Assembly: GCA_963668355.1 (NCBI GenBank)
Contig: OY764265.1
Location: forward strand, 1,376,001 to 1,440,000
Direction: 5' to 3'
Length of the DNA: 64,000 nt
Source: Bdellovibrionota bacterium
GTDB taxonomy: Bacteria > Bdellovibrionota_G > JALEGL01 > DATDPG01
The notes under the pieces were generated by a model, which worked only from the letters and a program-made list of their open reading frames with translations, did not search any database and had not been told where the DNA came from. The position numbers were made by a program, and so were the translations under genes. Below are positions 10,230-19,598 of this stretch, piece by piece (position 1 is the first letter of the stretch; every line of letters begins with the position of its first letter).

Positions 10230-10329
10230 GAAGGAGGAGTGGGGCATGTTTCGAGCAAAACCGTATGGGGGGGGAAGGTTCTTCCCCCGAGGTTTCGGTT
10301 TTGTCCGAAACATGCCCCACTCCTCCTTC
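10230..10329. repeat. Perfect 24-bp inverted repeat with nested stems (long hairpin)
   Basis: GAAGGAGGAGTGGGGCATGTTTCG (10230-10253) / CGAAACATGCCCCACTCCTCCTTC (10306-10329); inner CAAAACCG/CGGTTTTG and GGGGGAAG/CTTCCCCC. Confidence 0.9.
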
Positions 10330-10408
10330 GCCAGGAATATAGATCTCCCATGTTCGGGATTGTCTAGTCTTGACAGTTTTGTCTCTTTTCACTACAACCC
10401 CCGCACTT

Positions 10409-10639
10409 ATGGCACGGATCACGATTGAAGATTGTTTGGAACAAGTTGAAAACCGCTTCGCTTTGGTTCATCTCGCCTCTCAGCGAGCCAAGCAGCTCCT
10501 CAAAGGTTCTCGTCAATTGGTTAAATCCAAAAATAAATACATCGTGAGCTCGCTTCGTGAGATCGCCGGTGAAAAAGTTCATTTTGCCCATCAGGTGAAT
10601 GAAAAAATCATTGGTGAGGAAGAAGAGAACCAGGTCTAA
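10409..10639 (+). CDS. rpoZ: RNA polymerase omega subunit
   Basis: [28 protein letters not shown]; downstream of gmk. Confidence 0.95.
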   Translation: MARITIEDCLEQVENRFALVHLASQRAKQLLKGSRQLVKSKNKYIVSSLREIAGEKVHFAHQVNEKIIGEEEENQV

Positions 10640-10697
10640 GCTCTCTAACCCCCCTAAAAGCCCTCCCAAAATCTTTGCATACGAGTAAACTACCTCT

Positions 10698-11816
10698 GTG
10701 TCGACGCTTACACAGGGTCGGTTTGGGACCTATTTAATTGACGAACGCATCGCGGTGGGGGGGATGGCCGAGATTTATCGTGCCCACACCTCCAGCGGAG
10801 AGCCGGTCGCCATCAAGGTCATCTTGCCCCGGCTGGCTGAGGAGCAGAAATTCATCCAGATGTTTTTGGATGAGGCCAAAATCGCCGTAGCTTTGCGTCA
10901 TCCCAATATTGTGCAGATGCTGGATTTTGGGAAGATCGACGACACCTATTTTTTTTCGATGGAGTGGGTAGATGGCAAGCCGCTTTCGGCTGTGATTCGT
11001 CGGCAAATGGAGCTGAGCCTTTCCTTTCCGGTAGAGGTCGCCATATTGATCATGGTTCACGCGTGTCGGGGATTGGCCTATGCGCATAGTCGACGGGATC
11101 GCTTCGATCGGCCCTTGGGAATTGTTCATCGGGATATCAGCCCTCCGAATATTCTGCTTATGCGCACAGGAAAGGCTAAGGTGGCTGACTTTGGAATTGC
11201 CGATGCCAAGCACAAGGCGATCCAGACCTTGCCCGGAGTCATCCGAGGAAAATTTAGCTATATGTCTCCAGAACAGGCCCGCGGAGAGGTTGTAGACCAT
11301 AGGTCCGACATTTTTAGCCTCGGGATTGTGCTTCATGAGCTGCTTACGGGTTCTCGACTTTTTTTGAGGGAGCAAGACACCGAAACGCTCAAAGCCGTGA
11401 GGGAGTGTAAAATTCCCAATTTGGCGGACGTGAGGCCGGATGTCTCTCCGACCTTGGAAAGAATTGTCCAGAAGTCTCTCCACCCCAACAAAGCCAAGCG
11501 TTATTTCTCAGCATGGGAAATGGGGCAGGAACTGAAAAAAGTGTTGGCGCATGAGTATGCCGACATTGAAAGCACGGCTGTGGCCGAGTTCCTGAAGGTG
11601 CTATATCCCTGGGAGACCTTTATTGGGGTGCAGCAGCCGGTGAAGGAATTGCTGGCAAAATGGAGAGAGCGCGAAAGAATCGGCTTTCTCCGGGCTCAGA
11701 GCCCTCCCATGCCGGTTTGGATGCGAACCGTTTTATCTCATCGGTATGAAATCGCCGTCGCCCTGGGAATGTTGACCATAGGTGCTTTAGAGCTCCTACT
11801 TGCTTTGGTGGGCTAG
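10698..11816 (+). CDS. Hanks-type Ser/Thr protein kinase with C-terminal TM helix
   Basis: GGMAEIY, VAIK, HRDISPPN, DFG, GKFSYMSPEQ, DIFSLG. Confidence 0.93.
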   Translation: MSTLTQGRFGTYLIDERIAVGGMAEIYRAHTSSGEPVAIKVILPRLAEEQKFIQMFLDEAKIAVALRHPNIVQMLDFGKIDDTYFFSMEWVDGKPLSAVIRRQMELSLSFPVEVAILIMVHACRGLAYAHSRRDRFDRPLGIVHRDISPPNILLMRTGKAKVADFGIADAKHKAIQTLPGVIRGKFSYMSPEQARGEVVDHRSDIFSLGIVLHELLTGSRLFLREQDTETLKAVRECKIPNLADVRPDVSPTLERIVQKSLHPNKAKRYFSAWEMGQELKKVLAHEYADIESTAVAEFLKVLYPWETFIGVQQPVKELLAKWRERERIGFLRAQSPPMPVWMRTVLSHRYEIAVALGMLTIGALELLLALVG

Positions 11817-11840
11817 TTTGGGTAGATCGGCGATCGGAAT

Positions 11841-12119
11841 ATGGCCGAAAAAAAGAATCATACATTGGGAATGACGGGCAAGCATGTCGAGATCTTTCTA
11901 AAAACGCCTCTTTTTCGATTTCGCTATAAGAGCGGAAAGGTTGAAAAAGAATTGATGGAAAATGCGGTGCGCATTTCCGGGCAGGTGAAAGAAGATCGAG
12001 GTGCGGGTCTGCTCGTTCAGGTAGAAGTTTTGAGCAATATGAAAGAGAAGGAAAAGGATCTTCCCTTTGAAGAAATTTTTCTTCCACTTTCCAAAATTGA
12101 TTTTGTGGTTGTGGAGTAA
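11841..12119 (+). CDS. Hypothetical protein
   Basis: 92-aa ORF closely spaced between the kinase and pgk. Confidence 0.6.
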   Translation: MAEKKNHTLGMTGKHVEIFLKTPLFRFRYKSGKVEKELMENAVRISGQVKEDRGAGLLVQVEVLSNMKEKEKDLPFEEIFLPLSKIDFVVVE

Positions 12120-12122
12120 AAA

Positions 12123-13325
12123 ATGGCACAAAAGTATCGAGAGCATTCCATTCGAACCTTAAAAGACCTTGAATTGAAAGGCCGACGCGTTTTTTGTCGA
12201 TTGGATCTGAATGTACCTTTAAAGGATGGGAAAGTGAGAGATGATAAACGCATTCGTGCTGCTCTCCCCACCATTCAGTATTTGTTGGAGCAAGGGGCTC
12301 AGATTACGTTGGCCTCTCATTTGGGACGTCCCAAAGGTCAAGTGAATCCAGCTTTCTCGTTGCTTCCCGTGGCGGACCGACTTTCAGAACTCACCGGAAG
12401 AGAAGTTATTTTCCCAGATGACTGCATCGGGAGTGGAACGCGAAAGGTCCTTCAGGAAAGAAAGCCGGAAGCGATTGTTTTGTTGGAGAATCTGCGTTTC
12501 CATGCAGAAGAAGAAAAAAATGACGAGGGATTTGCTCAGGAGTTGAAAGCCGATACAGAAGTTTATATCAGCGACGCTTTTGGTTCCCTCCATCGGGCTC
12601 ATGCCAGCACCTCCAATCTGCCCAAGCAGTATTCGGAAAGAGGCATTGGCTTTTTGGTAGAAAAGGAATTGGCGCATTTGGCCCCCTTGTTGGAAAGCCC
12701 AGAATCGCCGTATGCTCTGATTTTGGGAGGGGCCAAGATCTCCGACAAAATCAAAGTCATTGAAAACTTCTTGCGAAAAATCGACCATTTGTTCTTAGGT
12801 GGAGCCATGGTGTTCACCTTCATGAAAGCCAAAGGCTTAAAGGTGGGTTCTTCCTTGGTAGAGTTGGATCGCTTGAACCAAGCCAATCGAATACTGGATG
12901 AGGCCAAGACCAAAGGGGTTATGGTTCATTTCCCCGTGGATTTCCAATTGGGCGCTTCGGTGGATGAACCTGGAGATCCTGAAGTATTTTCGGGGCTCAA
13001 TATTCCCGATGGAAAAATGGGCCTGGATATTGGTCCGGCTACCGTGGAAGAATATGGTCGGAAATTGAGAGAAATGAAAACCATCTTTTGGAATGGCCCC
13101 ATGGGATTATTTGAACGCCCCCCATTTGACGCAGGAACCGTGGGCGTGGCCAAATGTTTGTCTGAATTGAACTCAGCTCGCGTCATTGGCGGCGGAGATT
13201 CAGCGGCGGCGGTCAAAAAAGCGGGTCTTGAGGATAAAATGACCCATATTTCAACTGGAGGAGGCGCAAGCTTAGAGTTCTTAGAGGGAAAAGCTTTGCC
13301 TGGACTCGAAAGCTTGACTGTGTAA
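12123..13325 (+). CDS. pgk: Phosphoglycerate kinase
   Basis: RLDLNVP, SHLGRPKG, LLENLRF, HRAHAS, WNGPMG, GGGDS, HISTGGGASLE. Confidence 0.98.
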   Translation: MAQKYREHSIRTLKDLELKGRRVFCRLDLNVPLKDGKVRDDKRIRAALPTIQYLLEQGAQITLASHLGRPKGQVNPAFSLLPVADRLSELTGREVIFPDDCIGSGTRKVLQERKPEAIVLLENLRFHAEEEKNDEGFAQELKADTEVYISDAFGSLHRAHASTSNLPKQYSERGIGFLVEKELAHLAPLLESPESPYALILGGAKISDKIKVIENFLRKIDHLFLGGAMVFTFMKAKGLKVGSSLVELDRLNQANRILDEAKTKGVMVHFPVDFQLGASVDEPGDPEVFSGLNIPDGKMGLDIGPATVEEYGRKLREMKTIFWNGPMGLFERPPFDAGTVGVAKCLSELNSARVIGGGDSAAAVKKAGLEDKMTHISTGGGASLEFLEGKALPGLESLTV

Positions 13326-13352
13326 ACTGCGCGGCCTCGAAGGGATTACGCT

Positions 13353-14108
13353 ATGAAAACACCCATCATCATTGGAAACTGGAAAATGAACGAAACCGTT
13401 TCGGAGACGATTCGGCTTTTGACGGAACTCAAAGGACTAATTTCCGGAAAACAAGAGGTCGAGGTTGTGGTCGCCCCACCTTTTTGCTCTTTGTATTCTG
13501 CTGAAATTGCGGCTCAAGGAACCACCATCAAGATTGCTGCCCAAAACATGCATTTCGAAGAGAGCGGCGCTTATACGGGTGAGGTATCTCCACCCATGCT
13601 GATCGATGTGGGATGTAAATATGTGATTTTGGGGCATTCTGAAAGACGTCAGTACTTCAAGGAAGACGATGTCTTGATCAACAAGAAAGTGAAAGCGGCT
13701 CTTGAGAATCAGCTTTCGGCGGTGCTCTGTATTGGAGAAACCAAAGAAGATCGGCAAACGGAGAAAACGTTTGAAGTGATCGAGACCCAGCTGCGAGAAG
13801 GCCTTCGAGGCATCAATGATTCCGATGCGGAGAATTTGGTTGTGGCCTATGAGCCGGTTTGGGCAATTGGTACCGGCGAGACGGCCACTCCAGACATTGC
13901 CGAAGAAGTTCACGCGTTCATTGCCGAGAAACTGGAAACCATTTTTCGAAAAGATGTGGCTCAAACCATTCGGATTACCTATGGGGGATCCGTCAAACCC
14001 GATAATATCAAGGACTTAATGGCCCAAGCACATATTGATGGCGCTCTGGTGGGTGGAGCCAGCTTAAATGCCGAGACTTTTGCCAAAATTGTAAGCTACA
14101 AGGATTAA
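13353..14108 (+). CDS. tpiA: Triosephosphate isomerase
   Basis: GNWKMN, GHSERR, AYEPVWAIGTG, YGGSVK, LVGGASL. Confidence 0.98.
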   Translation: MKTPIIIGNWKMNETVSETIRLLTELKGLISGKQEVEVVVAPPFCSLYSAEIAAQGTTIKIAAQNMHFEESGAYTGEVSPPMLIDVGCKYVILGHSERRQYFKEDDVLINKKVKAALENQLSAVLCIGETKEDRQTEKTFEVIETQLREGLRGINDSDAENLVVAYEPVWAIGTGETATPDIAEEVHAFIAEKLETIFRKDVAQTIRITYGGSVKPDNIKDLMAQAHIDGALVGGASLNAETFAKIVSYKD

Positions 14109-14111
14109 ATC

Positions 14112-14486
14112 ATGGTTACGTTTTTAACGGTCTTGCATGTCATTGTTTGCCTATTCCTCATCATCATCGTTCTTCTTCAGCACGGAAAAGGTGCCGATAT
14201 GGGCGCAACGTTTGGCGGTAGCAGCCAAACGGTCTTCGGAACCGGAGGAGCGGCCACGTTTCTGGGGAAAGTCACAGTAGCGGCGGTTGTCATCTTTATG
14301 GTTACAAGCATGTCTTTAGCTTTTCTTTCGTCCCGCTCGTCCTCGGACAGCCTTTTAAAAGAAGAGGCCACCAGCGCTGAGATGAAGGCTGAAGAAAAGA
14401 AAGAAGAACCCCAGAAGGAGTCTGGTGCTCCCTCTGCCGAGAGTCAGCAAGATCCAGCCCCAGCCAAAAAAGAAAAAGGAAAATAG
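14112..14486 (+). CDS. secG: Preprotein translocase subunit SecG
   Basis: VLLQHGKGADMGATFGGS; two TM helices; follows tpiA. Confidence 0.95.
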   Translation: MVTFLTVLHVIVCLFLIIIVLLQHGKGADMGATFGGSSQTVFGTGGAATFLGKVTVAAVVIFMVTSMSLAFLSSRSSSDSLLKEEATSAEMKAEEKKEEPQKESGAPSAESQQDPAPAKKEKGK

Positions 14487-14542
14487 TTTCCATTTTTTCA
14501 AATAGGCTCCGGAATTTCGGTTTGGTGTTACAATAAGCCGAT

Positions 14543-15700
14543 ATGATTTCCCGAAGATTTGTTGCCCTGGCCATAGGATTTCTGTTTTTCATTTGTGCCT
14601 TTCCGCTCTATGCCCAAACTCAAGGGGTTGTGAGTGCGCGTTTGGCCAATGTTCGAGAAAAGCCAACCACGCGAAGCGAAGTGTTGATGAGACTTCGAAA
14701 GGGGCAGAAACTCCAAGTCCTTAGTCAACGAGGGAAGTGGTACAAAGTTCGAGTCAAAGTGGATGCCAATTTCACATTCGATGGCTGGATGTCTAAGAAG
14801 GTGGTCAAAGTAAAGAAAGCCTCTTCCTCTCGCTCACGACGTTCTTCTGGGAAAGTCGCGCCACCTCCCCGAAGAGTGTCCCCTCCGGCGAGAAGGACAC
14901 CGCCCAGACGTTCCACGACGATCGCCCAAGAAAGGCAAAAATTTGATGGAGGTCGAGGAGAAGTCTCTCTCTCATTGGGGTACCAAATTTACAATTATTC
15001 CGTGGAAACCGGAGGTGCGGCTCCGTCAAAATTGTTCTCCTATAATCTTCCAGGAATTGGGGGAGAAGCGCGTGCCAAGTATTGGTTCATGCAAGTGATG
15101 GATGGAAAAGTCCATTTGGGGGGCACGTTTGGTCTGAACTATACGATGTACAAGCACACGACCAATCTCATGTTCACCAATAACACCACCACAGATCTTT
15201 CCACGTCACATACCTCTTACGACATGAAGGGCGCCTTTTTGGCGAAGTATTTATTGCGTTCGGGTGTGTTTGATTCGGTTTCATTGGGCTTGGGGTTTGA
15301 ATACTTTAAATTTAGCGCGGACGATGTTGAAAGCGACACGGGTCCCATCGGCCTCTACACCTCTCAGACCATGAGCAGTCTGTACGCAGATCTATCAGCG
15401 AGATTGTTTTTTGGAGGTTTAACGGCGGATCTGGGTGCAGACGTCCTCTTTCTGAACTTTGCTTCAGAAAGCCCCGATGGAACGACGGGTAGCGACCCCA
15501 GTGGGGGCATTGGTTTTGTTCCCAAAATCCAGTTCGGATACCAACTTGGAGGACATCACAATGTCTCCCTCGGGTATTCGTTGAAGATGCAAAGCACATC
15601 TTTTTCAGGAGCGGGGAGCCGAGTTGGATCGTCGCTTACGGATGGAAGCATTTCTGTGAAGTCTCATCAACTGACGGCAGGGTATTACTACTCATTCTAA
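14543..15700 (+). CDS. SH3b-domain protein with C-terminal outer-membrane beta-barrel
   Basis: Signal peptide; ANVREKPTTRSEV...GKWYKV (SH3b); Arg/Pro/Ser linker; amphipathic strands ending YYYSF. Confidence 0.75.
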   Translation: MISRRFVALAIGFLFFICAFPLYAQTQGVVSARLANVREKPTTRSEVLMRLRKGQKLQVLSQRGKWYKVRVKVDANFTFDGWMSKKVVKVKKASSSRSRRSSGKVAPPPRRVSPPARRTPPRRSTTIAQERQKFDGGRGEVSLSLGYQIYNYSVETGGAAPSKLFSYNLPGIGGEARAKYWFMQVMDGKVHLGGTFGLNYTMYKHTTNLMFTNNTTTDLSTSHTSYDMKGAFLAKYLLRSGVFDSVSLGLGFEYFKFSADDVESDTGPIGLYTSQTMSSLYADLSARLFFGGLTADLGADVLFLNFASESPDGTTGSDPSGGIGFVPKIQFGYQLGGHHNVSLGYSLKMQSTSFSGAGSRVGSSLTDGSISVKSHQLTAGYYYSF

Positions 15701-15713
15701 GGAGCCATCGACA

Positions 15714-15920
15714 ATGAAACACTGGGTATCTACGATTTGTTTGGTTTGTTTGGGATTGCTTGGCCTTTTGGGATTTGTTCATTGTGGCTCTGTGAATGTT
15801 GCCGATTTGAATGCGGACAGTTTTTCCAATTTGGAGGACTTCGACAACGTAGACAATACGAGTCGTTTGGGCCTTTTTTCCGATCCGAAGATTGTTTTTC
15901 CGAAAAATGACGAAGAATAG
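15714..15920 (+). CDS. Small putative lipoprotein
   Basis: AAGGAG RBS; hydrophobic signal ending FVHC. Confidence 0.55.
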   Translation: MKHWVSTICLVCLGLLGLLGFVHCGSVNVADLNADSFSNLEDFDNVDNTSRLGLFSDPKIVFPKNDEE

Positions 15921-15925
15921 TTAGG

Positions 15926-16390
15926 TTGCTCCATCGTTACGCAAAGAAGAGATTGAAGAGCCGGCGAACACAAGTTTGTGTGCTTCTGTGTTTCCTTTCT
16001 TTTGGTTGCGGCAAGGTGGAGATTGCCGATCTCGACGCCGATGACTATACAACCCTCTCCATTGGATCGTGTGCCGAAGTTCCTGCATCTTTTTCCGAAA
16101 ACGTAATTCCCATTTTTTCAGAACAGGGATGCACCAATGGAAGTTGTCATGGAAATGGTTTCGAGTCCGGAACGCTAAACTTAGATGCCTCTCTTTCGGG
16201 CGGCATTTCAGCGGTTCACGAAGAGATTCTGGAAGGTCGAATCGACGAAGAAAATCCATCCAGTAGTTTGATTTTGATTAAACCGTTGGGGTTGGAAAAC
16301 CATGGAGGAGAAGAACGGTTTTCGGGTTTGGAAGATCCAAATTACATCACTATTTTTTGCTGGATAGAAGCCGGCTTCCCCAACGATTAA
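15926..16390 (+). CDS. Putative lipoprotein with cytochrome-c-like domain (CX4CH)
   Basis: Signal ending SFGC; SFSENVIPIF...GCTNGSCHG...SSLILIKP...HGG...WIEAG. Confidence 0.6.
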   Translation: MLHRYAKKRLKSRRTQVCVLLCFLSFGCGKVEIADLDADDYTTLSIGSCAEVPASFSENVIPIFSEQGCTNGSCHGNGFESGTLNLDASLSGGISAVHEEILEGRIDEENPSSSLILIKPLGLENHGGEERFSGLEDPNYITIFCWIEAGFPND

Positions 16391-16398
16391 AAGCGAAA

Positions 16399-17430
16399 CT
16401 ATTTTGACTCGTTCATAAGACGCGAAGGTTTAAACGGTAAGCCTTTTATTTCACCCAAAGCCTTCCGAAGATGTTTTCTCTCATAGGTGTCAACGGCGTC
16501 CGAAAAAATTTCGAAAGAAGGCATGCCGTTGGGTCCAACCTCCCATAAGTCCGTTACCCACTTCTCATCTGTTCTTTCTTGAACGACGACGAGTTGTACG
16601 TGTGCTACCTCTGCCATGCCAAAAGAGTCTCCATCTGTTCGAAAATGTTCCAGGTACCCTAAATTTTTAAACCATTGAATGATTCTTTCGGCGTTTTCGG
16701 TCATGGCGATGCAGTCAAACCCTTCTTTCCCAGAAAAATTTACGGCAAATGTATTGAGATCTCCCTTTCCACTTTGGGAGAGGGGGGTGATGCTTCGTAA
16801 AAATGCGTAGGCGGATTGAAAGGCAAAAATTTCCGCAGCTTCATCCAGGGTTAACACTCCGTTGGAAATTCGGTTGAAGAATGTTCGCTTGCAGGCGAGT
16901 ACATCTTTATATGCAGAGCGGGCCAGGGGAGAAAAAAAGAGAGCGAGGATTTGAGCCTCTCGTTCTGGCAACACCACCTCAAAGTCGGAATAACGATTGA
17001 AAGAATGTTTGGTCAAAACCAGCGTTCGGTCTTCTTGAGGAATGGGTTCGGCCAAGTTTCTTTCATCGCGTAGCATCGATTGAAGCTGCCACAAACCAAG
17101 AATTCTACCTTGAATGTTCCAGCGAACACCGTGTCTTTGAACCCACCGGACATCCTCTACTTCTGGGAAAAACCCAGGAAGTAGTTCATTGAACATTTCA
17201 CGTTTTTGGCAAATGGGCCCTCGAATATCTCTGCGCTCTGAAAATGAAGGCTTGGACGCAAGGAGCTCTGAGAAAGGTTGATTGACCAGAGACCAGTCGA
17301 TATTTTTGGCCTGGATCTCAAGAGGGGTCGCGAAGACGAGGGTGAGTCCCAAGCAAAAAACGCTCGATTGTTTTACACATTTCATTGCGAAGTAAGGAAG
17401 TTGCAAGTCCAAGACCAAGCATGTGAGCAT
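16399..17430 (-). CDS. Hypothetical exported protein (start probably at MKCVKQ)
   Basis: 343-aa ORF with signal-peptide-like segment; family not recognised. Confidence 0.6.
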   Translation of the reverse strand: MLTCLVLDLQLPYFAMKCVKQSSVFCLGLTLVFATPLEIQAKNIDWSLVNQPFSELLASKPSFSERRDIRGPICQKREMFNELLPGFFPEVEDVRWVQRHGVRWNIQGRILGLWQLQSMLRDERNLAEPIPQEDRTLVLTKHSFNRYSDFEVVLPEREAQILALFFSPLARSAYKDVLACKRTFFNRISNGVLTLDEAAEIFAFQSAYAFLRSITPLSQSGKGDLNTFAVNFSGKEGFDCIAMTENAERIIQWFKNLGYLEHFRTDGDSFGMAEVAHVQLVVVQERTDEKWVTDLWEVGPNGMPSFEIFSDAVDTYERKHLRKALGEIKGLPFKPSRLMNESK

Positions 17431-17613
17431 AAAAAATGTATGATTTCAAGGGGTTGGCTTTGCCTAAATACGGGCACTGGGGAAAAGAGTTCCCGATATG
17501 GGCGGGTGAAAATGAAGGCCCGAAATGGGGGTAACTAGGACTCTTTCTCCCCAAATGTCCCAAATTCAAATGTTTTTGTGGCTCGGAAACCTTTGATTTT
17601 AAAGGGTTGACAG

Positions 17614-17629
17614 TGGTATAGGTCTTGCT
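17614..17629 (+). promoter_or_regulatory. Putative sigma54 (-24/-12) promoter
   Basis: TGGTATAGGTCTTGCT has GG-N10-GC spacing, about 40 nt upstream of ATG 17670; IHF-like AT-rich site just upstream. Confidence 0.5.
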
Positions 17630-17669
17630 TGTTTAGCAGGTCATGAATTGCTCTGACTTAGGAGGTCGT

Positions 17670-18236
17670 ATGAAGCGTTTTGGTGTTCTTTTGGCTGTAG
17701 GTTGTTTGGCTTTTTCGTTTTCGAATCTTAAGGCGGAAGAAGATTGTCCAAGCTGGTCCGATAAGAATGCGGTTCAAGCTTGGGTAAGCCAGGCAAGTGA
17801 TCGATTGCTTGAGTTGGCCAACACGTATTGTCCTGAAAATGGTTTCGGAACAAATTTCAGCTGTGATGAGGTGAGTGCGGCGCAGTACCATGTTTCAGCC
17901 ATTTTCGATATCGCAGCTCCCGTCACCGAGTGCTGTGTCGCAAAGGCAGAGAGCATGACACCGGCTCAGTCTTACCTTTTGCGCAACCGTCTCAATCAAA
18001 GAAAAAAACATATTGAAGAATATCATCGGGATATCTGCGAGTCGCGAGACCGAGTGGATCACTCCTTCCCCAAAGACATCTGGATGTGCATTGAAGAGTT
18101 GGTCCCGGATGCATGTGGTGACGTAGAATTGGTAGCTGCCGACTTGGAAGAGCAGGTGGGCCATGTGATTCAAGGTCACTTAAACCATCGCGTGGATTTT
18201 GAGGCGACCTTTACAGAAACCGCCGGAAAAATGTAA
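17670..18236 (+). CDS. Secreted cysteine-rich hypothetical protein
   Basis: AGGAGG RBS; signal peptide; 8 Cys in the mature part. Confidence 0.7.
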   Translation: MKRFGVLLAVGCLAFSFSNLKAEEDCPSWSDKNAVQAWVSQASDRLLELANTYCPENGFGTNFSCDEVSAAQYHVSAIFDIAAPVTECCVAKAESMTPAQSYLLRNRLNQRKKHIEEYHRDICESRDRVDHSFPKDIWMCIEELVPDACGDVELVAADLEEQVGHVIQGHLNHRVDFEATFTETAGKM

Positions 18237-18263
18237 GAATCCTTCTTTTAGATTTTTTTGCAT

Positions 18264-18303
18264 AGCCAAGGTCCTTAAAGAAAAAGGACCTTGGCTTTTT
18301 TTT
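18264..18303 (+). terminator. Rho-independent terminator
   Basis: AGCCAAGGTCCTT-loop-AAGGACCTTGGCT followed by T-run. Confidence 0.85.
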
Positions 18304-18398
18304 GTGGTTGCTTGAAGCCCCTTTTATAGGGGGCTTCGCTCGGATTCGACCTGATTCGTTTACTTGTCCACAGGGTTGCTTCTGGTATTGTCCGCGCC

Positions 18399-19580
18399 AT
18401 GATGAGAGAGATTTGGATTGTTTCAGCGGCTCGGACTCCCATGGGGTCCTTCATGGGTGCACTTGCTAAGCAAACGGCGCCTCAACTCGGTTCTGTAGCG
18501 ATTCGCGAGGCGCTTCGGCGCGCGAACTTGAAAGGAGCAGACGTTTCAGAGGTCTACATGGGATGTGTCCTCACGACGGCCTTGGGGCAGGCTCCTGCCC
18601 GTCAAGCCGCTTTGGGAGCGGATATTCCAAACACCGTTCCCTGCACGACCGTGGGTAAAGTGTGTGGATCCGGCCTGAAATCGGTCATGTTGGGAGCCCA
18701 CGCCATTGCCTGCGGAGATGCGGATATCGTCGTTGCAGGCGGGATGGAAAGCATGTCCAACGCTCCCTATTCCCTGCCCAAAGCTCGGGAAGGCTATCGT
18801 CTCGGAGATGGAAAAATTGTGGATGTCATGGTGAAAGATGGCCTGTGGGATGTCTACAACGATTTCCATATGGGAAATTGTGCGGAGTTATGTGCCAAAG
18901 AGATGAACATCTCTCGTGAAGCCCAGGATGCCCACGCCAAAGAGAGCTATGAACGGGCCCAAAAAGCCATCGCGGATGGCTCGTTTAAGGATGAGATCGT
19001 TTCTGTGGAAATTCCGGGGAGAAAAGGCCAAGTCACGGTCGTTTCGGAAGATGAAGAGCCGGGACGCGTGAAATTTGAAAAAATCCCCACGCTCAAGCCG
19101 GTGTTCGATAAAAATGGAACGGTTACGGCAGCGAATGCTTCTTCGATCAATGATGGCGCAGCAGCCGTTGTGCTCATGGCGGCAGATGTCGCGAAAGAAA
19201 AGGGAATTACGCCGTTGGCCAAAATTTCAGGACAAGCCCAGGCGGCTCAAGCTCCCGAGTGGTTTACGACGGCACCCGCATTGGCCATTGAAAAGCTTTT
19301 TGAAAAATTGAATTGGTCCGCTGACTCGGTGGATCTTTATGAAATCAACGAAGCGTTTTCGGTGGTTGCCTTGGCCAATAATCAAAAACTCCATTTGAAC
19401 GATGAGAAAGTCAATGTTCATGGGGGCGCTGTTGGCCTGGGTCATCCCATTGGAGCCAGTGGGGCTCGTGTTCTTGTGACATTGCTTTATGCCATGAAAA
19501 AGCGTGAAGCGAAGACGGGGATTGCTTCGTTATGTTTGGGCGGGGGTGAAGCCGTCGCTTTGGGGGTTGAGAGAATCTAA
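18399..19580 (+). CDS. Acetyl-CoA C-acetyltransferase (thiolase II)
   Basis: KVCGSG, GGMESMS, EINEAF, GHPIGASG, SLCLGGG. Confidence 0.96.
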   Translation: MMREIWIVSAARTPMGSFMGALAKQTAPQLGSVAIREALRRANLKGADVSEVYMGCVLTTALGQAPARQAALGADIPNTVPCTTVGKVCGSGLKSVMLGAHAIACGDADIVVAGGMESMSNAPYSLPKAREGYRLGDGKIVDVMVKDGLWDVYNDFHMGNCAELCAKEMNISREAQDAHAKESYERAQKAIADGSFKDEIVSVEIPGRKGQVTVVSEDEEPGRVKFEKIPTLKPVFDKNGTVTAANASSINDGAAAVVLMAADVAKEKGITPLAKISGQAQAAQAPEWFTTAPALAIEKLFEKLNWSADSVDLYEINEAFSVVALANNQKLHLNDEKVNVHGGAVGLGHPIGASGARVLVTLLYAMKKREAKTGIASLCLGGGEAVALGVERI

Positions 19581-19598
19581 ATCGAGAGGAGAAAAAAT

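Noticed and set aside
9792..10428. Several overlapping short ORFs in the gmk-rpoZ spacer
   Set aside because: They mirror each other on both strands because of the inverted repeats and have no protein-like features.
10734..11483. Long antisense ORFs (e.g. 10734-11483, 21605-22339, 8255-8959)
   Set aside because: They are shadows of well-supported genes on the opposite strand and contain no motifs.
18364..18372. DnaA-box-like TTGTCCACA
   Set aside because: Single imperfect copy with no box cluster or origin-associated genes.
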